The notes beneath the pieces were generated by a model. It was not told the DNA's origin. It made no database searches and was given only the letters and a program-made list of their open reading frames with translations. From contig JADGIF010000577.1 of assembly GCA_018985225.1 (NCBI GenBank), positions 1-6,469 of the forward strand: DNA of 6,469 nt, read 5' to 3'. This DNA is from Amoeboradix gromovi X-113 (Eukaryota > Fungi > Sanchytriomycota). Within the stretch, counting starts at the first letter, position 1. Every line of letters begins with the position of its first letter. Below are positions 6,298 to 6,469 of the stretch, piece after piece. A program made the translations under genes and the position numbers.

Positions 6298-6442
6298 ACA
6301 TTCGAGACATCAAATATAAAAACTGGACTAACTTTCTGTAACAACTTGGAACATTATTTCAGCTTTATCAATTTTATGGATTTAAGAGGCGAGTGGACAT
6401 TCAGCTAGTTGCGGAGTTGACGAGTATAAAGGAAAATAAATA
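6298..6442 (+). repeat. ~145-bp direct repeat, copy 2 (partner 1424..1568)
   Basis: About 95% identical to copy 1, same orientation, offset 4874 bp. It carries an open frame to TAG 6406..6408 and AATAAA at 6435..6440. Confidence 0.95.
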
Positions 6443-6469
6443 TTCTGTACAGCTATTCTCTTACTCTTT

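Noticed and set aside
1424-6442. LTR retroelement or composite transposon
   Set aside because: No TG..CA termini, PBS/PPT, target-site duplication, gag/pol or transposase. The interior genes are cellular.
1-6469. Reassigned stop codons (e.g. TAA/TAG = Gln) explaining the broken ORFs
   Set aside because: The three conserved genes have no internal stops and two end in TAA at the expected position. The orphan gene's breaks are frame changes, not single stops.

Overview
AT-rich (roughly mid-30s % GC by eye), gene-dense eukaryotic DNA, most consistent with a compact, intron-poor fungal-like (probably early-diverging) genome using the standard genetic code. Three uninterrupted genes are recognisable. 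A JmjC + Cys/His zinc-finger protein of the CbfA-like family lies at 1744..3276 (+). A Trm140/METTL2-type tRNA m3C methyltransferase lies at 4203..5069 (-). The complex I subunit NDUFA8 lies at 5138..5599 (-), only 68 bp from the methyltransferase. A ~145-bp, ~95% identical direct repeat (1424..1568 and 6298..6442) brackets this three-gene block and looks like a duplicated gene 3' end (last codons, stop, AATAAA). The left end holds a membrane-anchored orphan gene apparently split over three reading-frame segments (188..1216, -). Intergenic DNA contains decayed coding relics, a 2-copy ~110-bp tandem repeat with CpA/TpG-to-TpA biased differences, and several fold-backs. No prokaryotic system, CRISPR array, tRNA, rRNA or transposase is evident, and I cannot claim a new multi-gene system from this sequence alone.
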